A stretch of 45,600 nt of DNA from Candidatus Saccharimonadales bacterium (lineage in GTDB: Bacteria > Patescibacteriota > Saccharimonadia > Saccharimonadales > UBA10212): assembly GCA_036507655.1 (NCBI GenBank), contig DATCIS010000011.1, positions 1 to 45,600 on the forward strand, read 5' to 3'. Positions 35,487 to 45,414 of the stretch are shown here, in pieces. Position numbers and translations under genes: made by a program. The stretch's first letter is position 1, and every line of letters begins with the position of its first letter. The notes below the pieces were generated by a model that saw only the letters and a program-made list of their open reading frames with translations, searched no databases and was not told the origin of the DNA.

Positions 35487-36170
35487 CTATTCCTCTGGCT
35501 TCTCGGCCGTCTGCTCGCCTTCTTCGGCTTCAGCCGTTTCGGCGCCTTCAGCCTCTTCGCCTTCGGCGGCTTCGGCTTCCTCGGCAGCGGCTTCCTCTTC
35601 GGCCATCATGGCTTTGGTCTCAACCACGGTGGCAATCGGATGCTCAGCTTCTGTCAGTATCGTGACACCTTCTGGAACTTCTATATCAGCTACCGTTAGT
35701 TTATCGTGGAGCTCAGCTAGTCTAGTGCCGTCAACTACTAGCTCATCCGGTAGGTTGGCTGGTAAGGCCTCTACCTCGACTTCGTCGAGCTGGTGCAAGA
35801 CCATCAAACCGACTTTCTCGGCCGGTATCTCACCCTCAATGCGAATTGGTACCTCAGCCTCGACTTTTTCATCTCGCTTAATCGCTTGGAAAACTACGTG
35901 CTGCAATCGCCTCTTAACAGGATGGAAATGAGCATCCTTGATAAGAACCAAGAATTTCTGATCACCGATTTTTAGATTCAGGGGGTGGTGCTTACCGGCG
36001 GCTTCATAAATTCTCTCAAGCTCAAGCTCCGGAGCCATCACATGGATGGAGTCTTGCCCGTGATTATGGACCACGGCCGGTACAAGGCCGGCTTTTCTAA
36101 GATTCTTTACGCCCTTACCAAAGGCCAACCGTTGTTCAAGCTTAACCGCTGCGTCTAAATTAACCGCCAT
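35487..36170 (-). CDS. rplY: 50S ribosomal protein L25 / general stress protein Ctc with an acidic Ala/Glu tail
   Basis: ORF track. Contains GKGVKNLRKAGLVPAVVHNHGQDSIHV, and the tail EEEAAAEEAEAAEGEEAEGAETAEAEEGE. Confidence 0.9.
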   Translation of the reverse strand: MAVNLDAAVKLEQRLAFGKGVKNLRKAGLVPAVVHNHGQDSIHVMAPELELERIYEAAGKHHPLNLKIGDQKFLVLIKDAHFHPVKRRLQHVVFQAIKRDEKVEAEVPIRIEGEIPAEKVGLMVLHQLDEVEVEALPANLPDELVVDGTRLAELHDKLTVADIEVPEGVTILTEAEHPIATVVETKAMMAEEEAAAEEAEAAEGEEAEGAETAEAEEGEQTAEKPEE

Positions 36171-36410
36171 GTCTTTCCCTGTTTAATCCCGAATATTATA
36201 TCAGAAGATTCACACGATTTGCACCGTGCTTCGGTAAGCTAGGCAAATCCAAGCTTTCCAAAGTACTCTGGCGCACTACGTCGTCAGCAACTGCGCTGCT
36301 CCTTCGCTGTATGTCCATATACAGCTCGGTCCGCTGCTCGATGCTTCCTTGTACTGCATCCAGTGCAAAATGTGTGAGTACCTTGATTAGTAATATACAA
36401 TCTAAGGAGT

Positions 36411-37070
36411 ATGTTTTTAGATGTCGAAACCATTATCACAGCCGGCGGACTTTTAGCTATCGGCCTGATTGTTTTCGCTGAGAGCGGCCTGTTTTTCGGT
36501 TTCTTTTTTCCGGGAGACACGTTGCTTTTAACGTCGGGCTTTTTTGCAGCGCAGGGTTTACTACCTATTGAGTGGCTAATTACCGTTATAGTTGTGTCGG
36601 CGATTTTAGGGGATAATGTCGGCTATCAAACCGGCAGGCATTTTGGCCCAAAGGTTTTCAAGCGCCGAGATGGTTTATTCTTCCGGCGCGAATATGTAGA
36701 GCGTGCCCAGAAATTTTACGAAAAGCATGGCGGAAAAACTATTATCATAGCCCGCTTCTTCCCCGCCATCCGGACTTTTGCGCCGATTGTAGCAGGCGTT
36801 GGCAAGATGAGCTGGCCGTACTTTGCGTCTTATAACGTAGTCGGAGGGTTGCTCTGGGGATTAGGAGTTACTCTGGCAGGCTATTACATTGGTACTAACT
36901 TCCCGACCATCGACCATTACATCCTTCCGGCTATCCTGATTGCCGGCCATATCATGCTTTTTATAATCCTGTATCAAATATTCAGGAACCCACTGGTCAG
37001 GGCCAGGTTAAAAAAGGCCCTACGCGAGGAATGGAGGCATTATTTCGGTAAGAATAAACAGGCGAGCTGA
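36411..37070 (+). CDS. DedA-family membrane protein
   Basis: ORF track. Contains FAESGLFFGFFFPGDTLLLTSG and FFPAIRTFAPIVAG. TAAGGAG Shine-Dalgarno upstream. Confidence 0.88.
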   Translation: MFLDVETIITAGGLLAIGLIVFAESGLFFGFFFPGDTLLLTSGFFAAQGLLPIEWLITVIVVSAILGDNVGYQTGRHFGPKVFKRRDGLFFRREYVERAQKFYEKHGGKTIIIARFFPAIRTFAPIVAGVGKMSWPYFASYNVVGGLLWGLGVTLAGYYIGTNFPTIDHYILPAILIAGHIMLFIILYQIFRNPLVRARLKKALREEWRHYFGKNKQAS

Positions 37071-37074
37071 AGCT

Positions 37075-39885
37075 CTAAATGATTTTTGCCAGGAATTGAC
37101 CGGTGTAGCTTAATTTATTTTTAGCGACTTGCTCGGGTGTGCCTGTAGCAACGATTTTACCGCCGGCATCGCCGCCCTCAGGCCCCATATCAATGATGCG
37201 GTCGGCTGATTTTATCACATCCAAGTTGTGTTCGATAACGATTATACTGTTGCCGCTATCGACTAAAGCGTGTAGCACTTTTAGCAGTTTGGCAACATCT
37301 GCCATGTGTAAACCGGTAGTCGGCTCGTCCAAGATATAGAGCGTGCGTCCCGTAGGCCGGCGGCTCAATTCGGTCGCTAATTTGACGCGCTGGGCTTCGC
37401 CGCCAGAGAGAGTTGTAGCTGGCTGACCAAGCGTGATGTAGCCAAGCCCTACATCTACCAGAGTCTGTAACTTACGGGCGATGGCCGGAATGTTTTCAAA
37501 AAACTCCAAGGCTTGCTCACACGTCATATCCAGCACATCGCTGACAGTTTTACCCTTGTAGTGAATCTCTAGTGCCTCCCGGTTGTAGCGTTTACCATGG
37601 CAGACCTCGCAGGACACATAAACATCCGGTAAGAAGTGCATTTCAATCTTTATCATTCCGTCGCCAGAACAGTTTTCGCAACGCCCACCCTTGACGTTGA
37701 AGCTAAAACGCCCAGGCATATAGCCGCGTAATCTGGCTTCCGGTATGGCGGCGAAGAGCTCGCGGATAGGTGTGAATACCCCGGTGTAGGTGGCCGGGTT
37801 GGAGCGCGGTGTCCGGCCAATCGGTGACTGGTCTATAACAACCGCTTTATCGAGATGATTAATGCCTTCAATATCATCATGCCTCCCCGGAACAGTATGG
37901 GCCCGCATAAGCCTGGCGCTTAGTTCGCGCGCCAAGATGTCATTAACCAAGCTTGATTTACCGGATCCAGAAACGCCACTGACGACTACCAGCTGACCTA
38001 AAGGAATGGTTACATCAATGCTTTTGAGATTATTCTCTCGGGCTCCCTTGACAGTCAGTACCTTGCCGTTGCCGGGTCGCCGAAATTTTGGCGTTGGAAT
38101 AATTTTATCGCCGCGCAAAAATTCGGCGGTGGAGCTGTTTTTGGCCTTGGCTACCTCAGGCGGTGTTCCGGTGGCGACAATTTCTCCGCCATGAATCCCG
38201 GCACCGGGGCCAATATCTACAAGGAAATCTGCCGATCTTATTGTTTCCTCATCATGCTCTACGACAATTACCGAATTACCCAAATCACGCAATCGCTCCA
38301 ATGTGTTGAGTAGCCGTTTGTTATCGCGCTGGTGCAGGCCGATGCTGGGCTCGTCCAATACATAAAGTACCCCCTGCAAACCGGAGCCTATTTGGGTAGC
38401 TAAGCGTATGCGTTGAGCCTCCCCGCCGGCGAGCGAAACGGCACTGCGTGACAAGGTCAGATAATTCAGCCCGACGTCTTGTAGAAACTTAAGGCGAGCA
38501 TTGATTTCTTTTAAGATTTGGCGAGCTATTTCCTGCTCTTTGGGGTTCAACTTAATTTTTTGGAAAAAGTCCAAGGCTTTATCTATATCCAAATAACAGA
38601 TGTCCATAATATTTTTATCGGCTACCGTCACCGCTAGCACCTCGGGCTTAAGGCGTTTTCCCTCACAAGCGTGGCAGGGCCGTTCTTGCATAAAACGTTC
38701 AATTTCGCGACGCATAAAGTCGCTTTGGGTTTCTCTATGGCGGCGCTCCAAATTGGGAATTACTCCTTCGTACGTCGTACCAAAAGACCGCCCCATACTT
38801 AGTCCGACCCGATAAGATTCATTGCCTGTGCCGTAGAGGATAATATCCAATTGTCTTTTGGTTAGCTCGACAGTTGGCTGATGGATGGAAAAGCCATAGC
38901 GGTCCCCCACGGCCTGCAGCTTTTTGATGTACCAAGAGTCGGTACTGATACGGTTATATGGCCGGATGGCGCCCTCAGCAATCGTTAGCCGGCCATTAGG
39001 GATTACCAGCTCCGGATCAACCTCCAGCCGGCTACCCAGCCCTGTACAAACCGGGCAAGCCCCGTGAGGAGAGTTAAAGCTGAATGTCCTTGGTTCGAGC
39101 TCTGGGATAGCCACATCGGGATGATCAACGCAAGCGTATTTAAGCGAGAAATTGATGTCTTCCTTAGTATCGGCGTTGTGAACAACCAGCAGCCCGTCGG
39201 CTATATCGAAAGCCTGCTCAACACTTTGAGCTAGGCGGCCGCGGCTTTCCTCATCATTAACCAACCTATCAACCACCACCTCGATGTTGTGCTTGAAATT
39301 CTTGTTGAGAGACGGAAATTCATCAAGGGCGTAGGCCACACCATCGACACGTACCCTGGCATAACCGGCGCGTTGGTATTGCTCGGGTATGTGCTCAAAC
39401 GCGCCTTTTTTATCAATCACTATCGGCGCCAATATCATTAAGCGACTGCCTTTTAAACCATTGATAATCTGGTCAACCACGGCGGCTGAAGTCTGGCGGG
39501 CAACCGGCTTACCACAGATAGGGCAATGCGGGATACCGACTCGCGCAAATAGCAGGCGCAAATAATCATAGATTTCTGTGACGGTGGCAACGGTGCTGCG
39601 TGGATTACGGCTGGTGGATTTCTGATCAATGCTGATGGCCGGACTTAGACCGTCAATTTGGTCGACGTCAGGCTTTTCCATCAAACCCAAAAATTGCCGG
39701 GCATAAGCGCTCAAAGATTCAACGTAACGGCGTTGGCCTTCGGCGTAGATGGTATCAAAAGCCAGAGACGATTTACCGGAGCCGGAAAGCCCAGTGATAA
39801 CCACTAATTTCTCTCTGGGAATCTCCAAAGAAATATTCTTTAAGTTATGTTCCCTAGCTCCTTGGACTTTGATTACTCCACTCAT
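37075..39885 (-). CDS. uvrA: Excinuclease ABC subunit A
   Basis: ORF track. Two ABC ATPase modules ([10 protein letters not shown] and [10 protein letters not shown]), Zn-finger Cys clusters and LSGGEAQR signatures. Confidence 0.97.
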   Translation of the reverse strand: MSGVIKVQGAREHNLKNISLEIPREKLVVITGLSGSGKSSLAFDTIYAEGQRRYVESLSAYARQFLGLMEKPDVDQIDGLSPAISIDQKSTSRNPRSTVATVTEIYDYLRLLFARVGIPHCPICGKPVARQTSAAVVDQIINGLKGSRLMILAPIVIDKKGAFEHIPEQYQRAGYARVRVDGVAYALDEFPSLNKNFKHNIEVVVDRLVNDEESRGRLAQSVEQAFDIADGLLVVHNADTKEDINFSLKYACVDHPDVAIPELEPRTFSFNSPHGACPVCTGLGSRLEVDPELVIPNGRLTIAEGAIRPYNRISTDSWYIKKLQAVGDRYGFSIHQPTVELTKRQLDIILYGTGNESYRVGLSMGRSFGTTYEGVIPNLERRHRETQSDFMRREIERFMQERPCHACEGKRLKPEVLAVTVADKNIMDICYLDIDKALDFFQKIKLNPKEQEIARQILKEINARLKFLQDVGLNYLTLSRSAVSLAGGEAQRIRLATQIGSGLQGVLYVLDEPSIGLHQRDNKRLLNTLERLRDLGNSVIVVEHDEETIRSADFLVDIGPGAGIHGGEIVATGTPPEVAKAKNSSTAEFLRGDKIIPTPKFRRPGNGKVLTVKGARENNLKSIDVTIPLGQLVVVSGVSGSGKSSLVNDILARELSARLMRAHTVPGRHDDIEGINHLDKAVVIDQSPIGRTPRSNPATYTGVFTPIRELFAAIPEARLRGYMPGRFSFNVKGGRCENCSGDGMIKIEMHFLPDVYVSCEVCHGKRYNREALEIHYKGKTVSDVLDMTCEQALEFFENIPAIARKLQTLVDVGLGYITLGQPATTLSGGEAQRVKLATELSRRPTGRTLYILDEPTTGLHMADVAKLLKVLHALVDSGNSIIVIEHNLDVIKSADRIIDMGPEGGDAGGKIVATGTPEQVAKNKLSYTGQFLAKII

Positions 39886-39892
39886 AATGATT

Positions 39893-39988
39893 GAGGTTAC
39901 TTGCCCCGTACCAAAACCTGAGCGGAGTAGTCTGCAATCAGATTATGGAGCGTCAAGTTTTTGGTACTGGGGTGCTCCCGTGCACCTC
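39893..39988. ncRNA. Candidate structured RNA carrying the conserved 35-nt core, copy B; lies between the uvrA start codon and a minus-strand TATAAT
   Basis: GAGGT (39893-39897) pairs with ACCTC (39984-39988). The inner hairpin is 39904-39972 and the core is 39917-39951. The outer stem GTACCAAAA / TTTTGGTAC differs from copy A (TAGCAA / TTGCTA) but keeps its pairing. Confidence 0.55.
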
Positions 39989-40081
39989 TAACAGATATAA
40001 AATTACTCATTTAGCCAAGTGATTATACATAAGAATGGCTAAAATTTCCAGACCTTAAGCCGATGGTTCGAGGCCAGCGAT

Positions 40082-41503
40082 TCAGATTACCCGCGTAACC
40101 GAGCCGGCATATTCTTTTAAATCTTCAAGTAAGTGAGTCCTTTCTCTGTTTAACTCCGGGGTTTTGCTTAGCTCCTCAAGCTGGGCCGAGAATCTATCTA
40201 ATAAGCTGGCTTTACCACTAAGTAGTTTCTGCCGACGGAATTTTTGCCAAATCTGGCGTTCTGGCTCCGATAGAGCCTCTGGGAAGTTACGGGCTTTATA
40301 AAGCGGCAGCAAAGCTTTTAGGCGCCCGTCTTGGAATTCTAAACTCAATTTTGCTAGCTCGCTAGGCTTGGCCGCCCGTACCACCGACATTTTGGCTTTA
40401 TCCTGGTCTTTGACAAAAGAGTCATAAAGTTGGCCATCAACCTTTTGTTCGTCAATGACCAGATCCGGTTGCCTTGGTGGCCACATCTTATCAAGGGCCT
40501 GGAGCAGTTTTTCACCAAAGCCCCTAGCCTTTTGCAGTTTTTCAAGATGGTTGCCGGCTACCATCTTATTAAGCTGCAGCCGTTTGGCGCTGGACGGATC
40601 AAGTACGCTGAGTGGAGCGATAGCCGGGCAACGGTTATATTGCAGCAGTTTGATTGGAAAGTAAGCGGCGTCATCAGAGCGATCGGCCCATCGTTTGGCT
40701 AGCTCTTCGACCGTCAAATCTCTGAGTTCATCAGGGTCAACCCGCAGATCGTACATTAGGCAGCCGGTCTTATCTGGTTTCTCTGCTACCATTACGGCAA
40801 TCGTCGTCTTATTGTACTCAGACGGGTAACGACCACTGGTATAAATCAACGGGTCGCCCTTGGTTACCAGCGGCGCGACCTTGTGCTTGCTGCGGATGTT
40901 TAAAAGAAACTCGAAGATTTTTGGCTGTTTCTCTTTGAGCATCCGAGCTACAGCGATGGAGGCTCGGACATCGCTCATGGCATCGTGGGCATCGACGTGA
41001 TCAAGCTTATTAACGGCGCTGATATATTCCAAACTGTTAGTCGGCTTGCCGTCCGGAGCATACGGCCAATTAATACCGTCCGGTCGCAGCGCCCTAGTCA
41101 TCCGCACTACGTCTAAAAGGTCCCAGACAGAACAGTTATTCTTCCAAGTCCATTCGTAAGCATCATGGAAGTTTCGCCAAAGGGTAAAGCGGACAAAATC
41201 GTTATCAAACCTGATATTGTTATAGCCGACGATGATTGTATCCTTTATAGATACTTGACTTGTTAAGTATTTTGCAAACTCGGCTTCGGTTACTCCCTCT
41301 GTTAAAGTCTTTTGCGGTAAGATGCCGTGCACCAAGATAGCACCTGGTTCCGGTAAAACATCTGGTGTCATTTTTATCAAGACGTTGTCCGGCTTACCTA
41401 TTGGATTGAGGGCCATATCGGTCCGCTGCCCGGCAAACTGCATAATCCGGTCAGTCCTAGGATTGAACCCACTGGTCTCAACATCAAAAAAGTAAAGGGT
41501 CAC
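40082..41503 (-). CDS. sbcB: Exodeoxyribonuclease I
   Basis: ORF track. DEDDh exonuclease motifs (FFDVETSG, YNNIRFDNDF, HDAMSDV) plus an ExoI C-terminal region. GTG start directly abuts the obg stop. Confidence 0.88.
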   Translation of the reverse strand: MTLYFFDVETSGFNPRTDRIMQFAGQRTDMALNPIGKPDNVLIKMTPDVLPEPGAILVHGILPQKTLTEGVTEAEFAKYLTSQVSIKDTIIVGYNNIRFDNDFVRFTLWRNFHDAYEWTWKNNCSVWDLLDVVRMTRALRPDGINWPYAPDGKPTNSLEYISAVNKLDHVDAHDAMSDVRASIAVARMLKEKQPKIFEFLLNIRSKHKVAPLVTKGDPLIYTSGRYPSEYNKTTIAVMVAEKPDKTGCLMYDLRVDPDELRDLTVEELAKRWADRSDDAAYFPIKLLQYNRCPAIAPLSVLDPSSAKRLQLNKMVAGNHLEKLQKARGFGEKLLQALDKMWPPRQPDLVIDEQKVDGQLYDSFVKDQDKAKMSVVRAAKPSELAKLSLEFQDGRLKALLPLYKARNFPEALSEPERQIWQKFRRQKLLSGKASLLDRFSAQLEELSKTPELNRERTHLLEDLKEYAGSVTRVI

Positions 41504-42778
41504 CTAGTACTCCAACTCGCCGATAACAGGATTGCCGATGGTGACTTTTTGGCCGGGTTCGATTCCGCGGCGTTCCAACTCTTTGACGATTCCTTCTTTG
41601 CGCAATATATCCATTAGCCGCTGCTCGCCATGGTAGTCACCAAAGTGAGTACGGTGGGCAAAGCGTTCGATTTTGCGGCCTGTCACCAAGAAACCTTTTT
41701 CGATTTTCTTGACTTGCCAAGTATCTTCCTCTTTTAGGCCAATAACCGGCAGTTCTTTTTTGGTTTTTTTCTTGGCCGTCAACTTTGCCTCAGTAACTTT
41801 TTTAACAACCAGTCGTAGAAGCTCATCAACGCCCTCTCGTTTCGGGCTGGATATGGCTGTCACTACTAAGCCTTTCGGTACGACTTTTTTTAGGGCTTTT
41901 AGCTGGGACTGGAGCCGTCTTTTATCAACTCCGTCTATTTTGGTCAAAGCAATTATTTGTGGCCGCTGGCTTAAGTCAATCTCATAAGCCGCCAGTTCAT
42001 CGATTATTGTTTGGTAGTCACGGGCAATATCTTCGCTATAGACATCTATCAGATGTACGAGCACGCTAGTTCGTTCCACGTGTCTTAAGAACTCATCGCC
42101 TAGACCCTTGCCCTGGCTGGCGCCTTCAATCAAACCCGGGATATCGGCAAACAACAGGCTGTTTTTTTGGTTAATGTCTACGACTCCCAAGTTCGGCACC
42201 AGTGTGGTAAAAGGATAATCAGCGATTTCCGGCTTAGCGTTACTTATAACTGATAGAAGCGTTGATTTGCCGGCGTTTGGCAGGCCCACCAACCCGACGT
42301 CGGCAATCATCTTTAGCTCGAACCTGGCTTCGATTTCCTGGCCTGGTTCGCCTTTTTCGGCCACGCGCGGCGCTTGGCGTGTTGAACTTACAAAGTGGGC
42401 ATTGCCAAAACCGCCGCGCCCGCCGCGAGCTAGAACTTCTCTTTGACCATCGGTTGTAAAATCGACCAATACCCTGCCCGATCTGGAGGAAATTACTGTA
42501 CCTACGGGTACGTCGACCTCTAAATTGGCGCCGCTCTTACCGTGTTTTTTGGCTTTGCCGCCAGGCTGGCCGCGCTCCGCAATTAACCGTTTCTTATAGC
42601 GAAAGGCCGCCAGGGTGTTCTGGTTGCGACTGGCCCGCAGAATTATATCACCGCCATTACCGCCGTCGCCGCCATCAGGCCCGCCGCGGGCTCGAAACAT
42701 TTCATGCCGAAAACTGGTAATACCGTCACCGCCATCTCCAGCTTTAATAGTCACATGGACCCGATCCACAAAACTCAT
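41504..42778 (-). CDS. obg: GTPase Obg/CgtA
   Basis: ORF track. Gly-rich Obg fold (GGDGGDGGNGG), G domain (GLPNAGKST, DIPGLIEGA, TKID) and a C-terminal OCT domain. Confidence 0.95.
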   Translation of the reverse strand: MSFVDRVHVTIKAGDGGDGITSFRHEMFRARGGPDGGDGGNGGDIILRASRNQNTLAAFRYKKRLIAERGQPGGKAKKHGKSGANLEVDVPVGTVISSRSGRVLVDFTTDGQREVLARGGRGGFGNAHFVSSTRQAPRVAEKGEPGQEIEARFELKMIADVGLVGLPNAGKSTLLSVISNAKPEIADYPFTTLVPNLGVVDINQKNSLLFADIPGLIEGASQGKGLGDEFLRHVERTSVLVHLIDVYSEDIARDYQTIIDELAAYEIDLSQRPQIIALTKIDGVDKRRLQSQLKALKKVVPKGLVVTAISSPKREGVDELLRLVVKKVTEAKLTAKKKTKKELPVIGLKEEDTWQVKKIEKGFLVTGRKIERFAHRTHFGDYHGEQRLMDILRKEGIVKELERRGIEPGQKVTIGNPVIGELEY

Positions 42779-42782
42779 AAGA

Positions 42783-42817
42783 ATAGGATATAGGATTTAG
42801 GACTTAGGATATATAGG
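42783..42817. repeat. Heptamer tandem repeat (ATAGGAT ATAGGAT TTAGGAC TTAGGAT ATATAGG) filling the obg upstream spacer
   Basis: 7-nt period, four to five units. On the mRNA sense strand it reads TCCTAWW x4, directly 5' of the obg ATG, and no Shine-Dalgarno is present. Confidence 0.6.
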
Positions 42818-43921
42818 TTAGCGGTAGATGTAATCTGGATAGTAGTTGGCAGGTACCCAGTTGCTATAGCCTATACGCCCCCAGCCGGCAATGCCATTCA
42901 TGTCGGAATACTTGATCATCGAGCCGTCCTCGCTGACGGCATCAACTACTGCCACGTGCCCGGCCCAACCCCTGTCACTCTGGCCGATGGCACCGACTAC
43001 CGGCTTGCTACTAACTGTCCAGCCTGAGATTTTGGCATACGAATCCCATGTATTAGCATTACCCCAGTTAGTAGGTACTGGGACCTTAGTGGCCGCATAC
43101 CAAGTGCAATAACCATAGTCATAGCCATTGCCGCCGTATCTGGCAAAAAACGAACCGTAAGAAACTGTCGGTTGTACCCGGCCGTTAGGTATAATAATCA
43201 GCTCCCCAGGCTGCAGACCATTGATCTCGGCGTCGTTATAGACAACAATCAGACGCTCATCCGCGCGATAGCGTGAAGCTAATGAGGCTGGCGTGTCGCC
43301 CGACTTTACCTTATAAACGATGCCGTTAACTGGCGGAATTACTAAGTTCACACTAGCCGAGATATTATCGCCAGCGAGGGTGTTTGACCAACGGATGCTC
43401 TCAGTGCTGACCCCGAATTTGCTAGCCAGACCACTCACGGTATCGCCAGCGACAGTTACGTATTGTATGATGTCGTGTTTAGATCTTTGGGCGGTTGCTA
43501 CTACCTGCGGCTTGGCTAAGACCGTCGAGTCGTTAGGCACCGTTGATAGCAGTAAACTGTCTGAGTCAGCCTGGTTACGGATGGCTGTTAGCTCGGATAG
43601 TTTGGCCATCTGGGCTACGTTCAAAGCAATCTGAGCCGATGACAGCTCATCCAGCGGGTTGGAAAACGAGCTGGCCGTACTGACCGCACTGTTAAGCGCA
43701 TTGGAGCGGATAGTCTGGCTAGCTGAACGGTTGGTAATTACAAAAATGCCTATAGCCAGCAGCAGCAAAATGTTGCCTGAGATAATCCCCCAGCGCACCA
43801 GGCGACGCTTGGAGCGCTTATCGAGAACCGGCGGGCGGTATAGATGGGGCAACGATTCTACTATCGGAACTTTCCTGCCGTACTTAGCGAATAAACTTGC
43901 GAATTTACGAATAACTGACAT
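42818..43921 (-). CDS. Peptidoglycan hydrolase with two LysM domains and a C-terminal CHAP domain, membrane-anchored
   Basis: ORF track. LysM domains: YVTVAGDTVSGLASKFGV and YKVKSGDTPASLASRY. CHAP domain: YGYCTWYAA..GHVAVV. Confidence 0.85.
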   Translation of the reverse strand: MSVIRKFASLFAKYGRKVPIVESLPHLYRPPVLDKRSKRRLVRWGIISGNILLLLAIGIFVITNRSASQTIRSNALNSAVSTASSFSNPLDELSSAQIALNVAQMAKLSELTAIRNQADSDSLLLSTVPNDSTVLAKPQVVATAQRSKHDIIQYVTVAGDTVSGLASKFGVSTESIRWSNTLAGDNISASVNLVIPPVNGIVYKVKSGDTPASLASRYRADERLIVVYNDAEINGLQPGELIIIPNGRVQPTVSYGSFFARYGGNGYDYGYCTWYAATKVPVPTNWGNANTWDSYAKISGWTVSSKPVVGAIGQSDRGWAGHVAVVDAVSEDGSMIKYSDMNGIAGWGRIGYSNWVPANYYPDYIYR

Positions 43922-43984
43922 ATTATACCAAGCTGAAGTGCCGAAATGGCATTTCTACCCCTGTTAAGCCGCTATTGACAAAGA

Positions 43985-45004
43985 TTATTGCTGGGAGCAA
44001 CTTTTTACTCCGTATTTCTCGATGGCTGCCTGATGTTCTTCTAGGGTATAGGTGTAATGCATCTGGCAGTCTTCGCCAGTAAAATAATAGACAAAATTGC
44101 TCTTTGCCGGGTTGGCCACAGCCCGCAAAGCCTCTTTTGTGGCGTTGCTGATTGGTCCTGGCGGTAGGCCGGGATACAGATACGTATTGTAAGGCGAATT
44201 GATGCTCAAGCTACGCGGACGTCCGGCAATAGCCGAAGCGTAATAGGCTGTGGCATCGGCCTGCAGAAGTATGTTGCGGCCGAGTCTGGTCAGAAGGACC
44301 TGGGCCACAATCGGTTGGTCAGACGGGTTATCCGTCTCTTTCAGGACGATTGAAGCTAAGATAATTCCCTCGAATATGCTTAAGTCTTGGGATTTAAAAC
44401 CGTTGATAGTTTCCGGAGTGAGGTACTTAGCCATTTCGTCTAAGGACTGGCGGATGATAGTCGAAGCCGGCGTGTCAGTCTGTTTTTGGTAGGAGTCGGG
44501 GTATAAATATCCTTCCAGGCTTGCGCCTTTCGGTAGGCTGGCCAATGCCGGATGACCGGTATAGACGGCTGGATTAAAAGCAGCTTTCATCTCTTCCTGT
44601 GTGTACCCGGCTTTGATAAAGGCCTGTTGGACCTCTCCAAGCCGTTTGCCTGGCAGAATAGTCAGCAGATCGCGGGCAACATCGCCGTCTACCAGTTTGG
44701 CGACTATGATTTGGACACTCATGGAAGGGCTCAGACGATAGGTGCCGGCCTGTAATTTATTACGGTAATCATTGGTAGTCACATAGGTTTCAAAAGCGCT
44801 GACGCTACGGATTAGACCGACAGCTTCCAAAGCCCCGGCTATCTGGTGGACACCTTTACCGGATTCAATCGTGAAAAATACCGTTTCGTTAGATGAAGAT
44901 AAGGGCTTTAAATTATTGCTATACCAAATACGCAAGGTGACTGCCGTAGCACCTACCAAAATCAGAGCGAGCGCCAAAAATATCAGCCAAAACTTTCTTT
45001 TCAT
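43985..45004 (-). CDS. mltG: Endolytic murein transglycosylase MltG (YceG-like)
   Basis: ORF track. N-terminal TM helix, LASIVLKET and SPYNTYLYPGLPPGPISN. Confidence 0.92.
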   Translation of the reverse strand: MKRKFWLIFLALALILVGATAVTLRIWYSNNLKPLSSSNETVFFTIESGKGVHQIAGALEAVGLIRSVSAFETYVTTNDYRNKLQAGTYRLSPSMSVQIIVAKLVDGDVARDLLTILPGKRLGEVQQAFIKAGYTQEEMKAAFNPAVYTGHPALASLPKGASLEGYLYPDSYQKQTDTPASTIIRQSLDEMAKYLTPETINGFKSQDLSIFEGIILASIVLKETDNPSDQPIVAQVLLTRLGRNILLQADATAYYASAIAGRPRSLSINSPYNTYLYPGLPPGPISNATKEALRAVANPAKSNFVYYFTGEDCQMHYTYTLEEHQAAIEKYGVKSCSQQ

Positions 45005-45414
45005 GCAGCTATCCTATCAGCCTCGGCACTGTCTAAAAAATCTTGCAAAATAATCGCCGCCGCCAAAGCGTGCTCATCAAACGAGCTCTTAGCTCTCAGC
45101 TCATAGCTCTTAGCTTTTCGGCTTGTTAAAGCCTCGTCTTGCCAATACACCGGAAGTGAAATTTTTGGCTTAGCTTCATCAACCCATTCACGTATCCAAC
45201 CTGTTTGCTCGGTGTCTTCACCCGACAAGTTTCGTGGTAAGCCAACAACCATGGCTTCAACCTCGTGCTCAGATAGGTATTTTTTAAGAGTTGAGACAGC
45301 TTGTTCGGTCGGCACGCTCATCAGTGGTTCGGCTAATCTGGCGACGTTGGAAGCCCGGGCTATACCGGTCCGTTTGCCGCCCACATCCAGAGCTAAAATC
45401 TCCTTAGCTTCCAC
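45001..45414 (-). CDS. ruvX: Holliday-junction resolvase-like nuclease RuvX (YqgF)
   Basis: ORF track. Contains ILALDVGGKRTGIA and VVGLPRNLSGEDTEQ. GTG start. Its stop overlaps the mltG start by 4 nt. Confidence 0.9.
   Translation of the reverse strand: MEAKEILALDVGGKRTGIARASNVARLAEPLMSVPTEQAVSTLKKYLSEHEVEAMVVGLPRNLSGEDTEQTGWIREWVDEAKPKISLPVYWQDEALTSRKAKSYELRAKSSFDEHALAAAIILQDFLDSAEADRIAA

Noticed and set aside
35440-35931. 163-aa Ser/Ala-rich plus-strand ORF.
   Set aside because: It is antisense to rplY across its Ala/Glu tail. It is a low-complexity mirror frame with no start context.
36171-36410. Possible additional ncRNA in the 240-nt rplY-dedA divergent spacer (hairpin GCTGTAT-gtccat-ATACAGC and the near-repeat GCGCTGCTCC / CCGCTGCTCG).
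   Set aside because: There is only one short hairpin and a weak direct repeat, and the window holds no second copy to support covariation. The region is most simply two divergent promoters, with a TGATATAAT extended -10 box for rplY.
39749-39991. 80-aa plus-strand ORF spanning the uvrA start and the structured element.
   Set aside because: It is antisense to the uvrA N-terminus and then runs through the conserved hairpin. It has no RBS. The TTG at 39901 after the GAGGT hits a stop after 6 codons.
42783-42817. CRISPR-like or phase-variable array interpretation of the TAGGA heptamers and of other short repeats, such as CTGTCTAC x3 at about 5031-5069.
   Set aside because: The units are only 7-8 nt with no spacers, so this is not a CRISPR array. 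The 5031-5069 repeat lies inside the KH-protein tail coding sequence and simply encodes a repetitive peptide.
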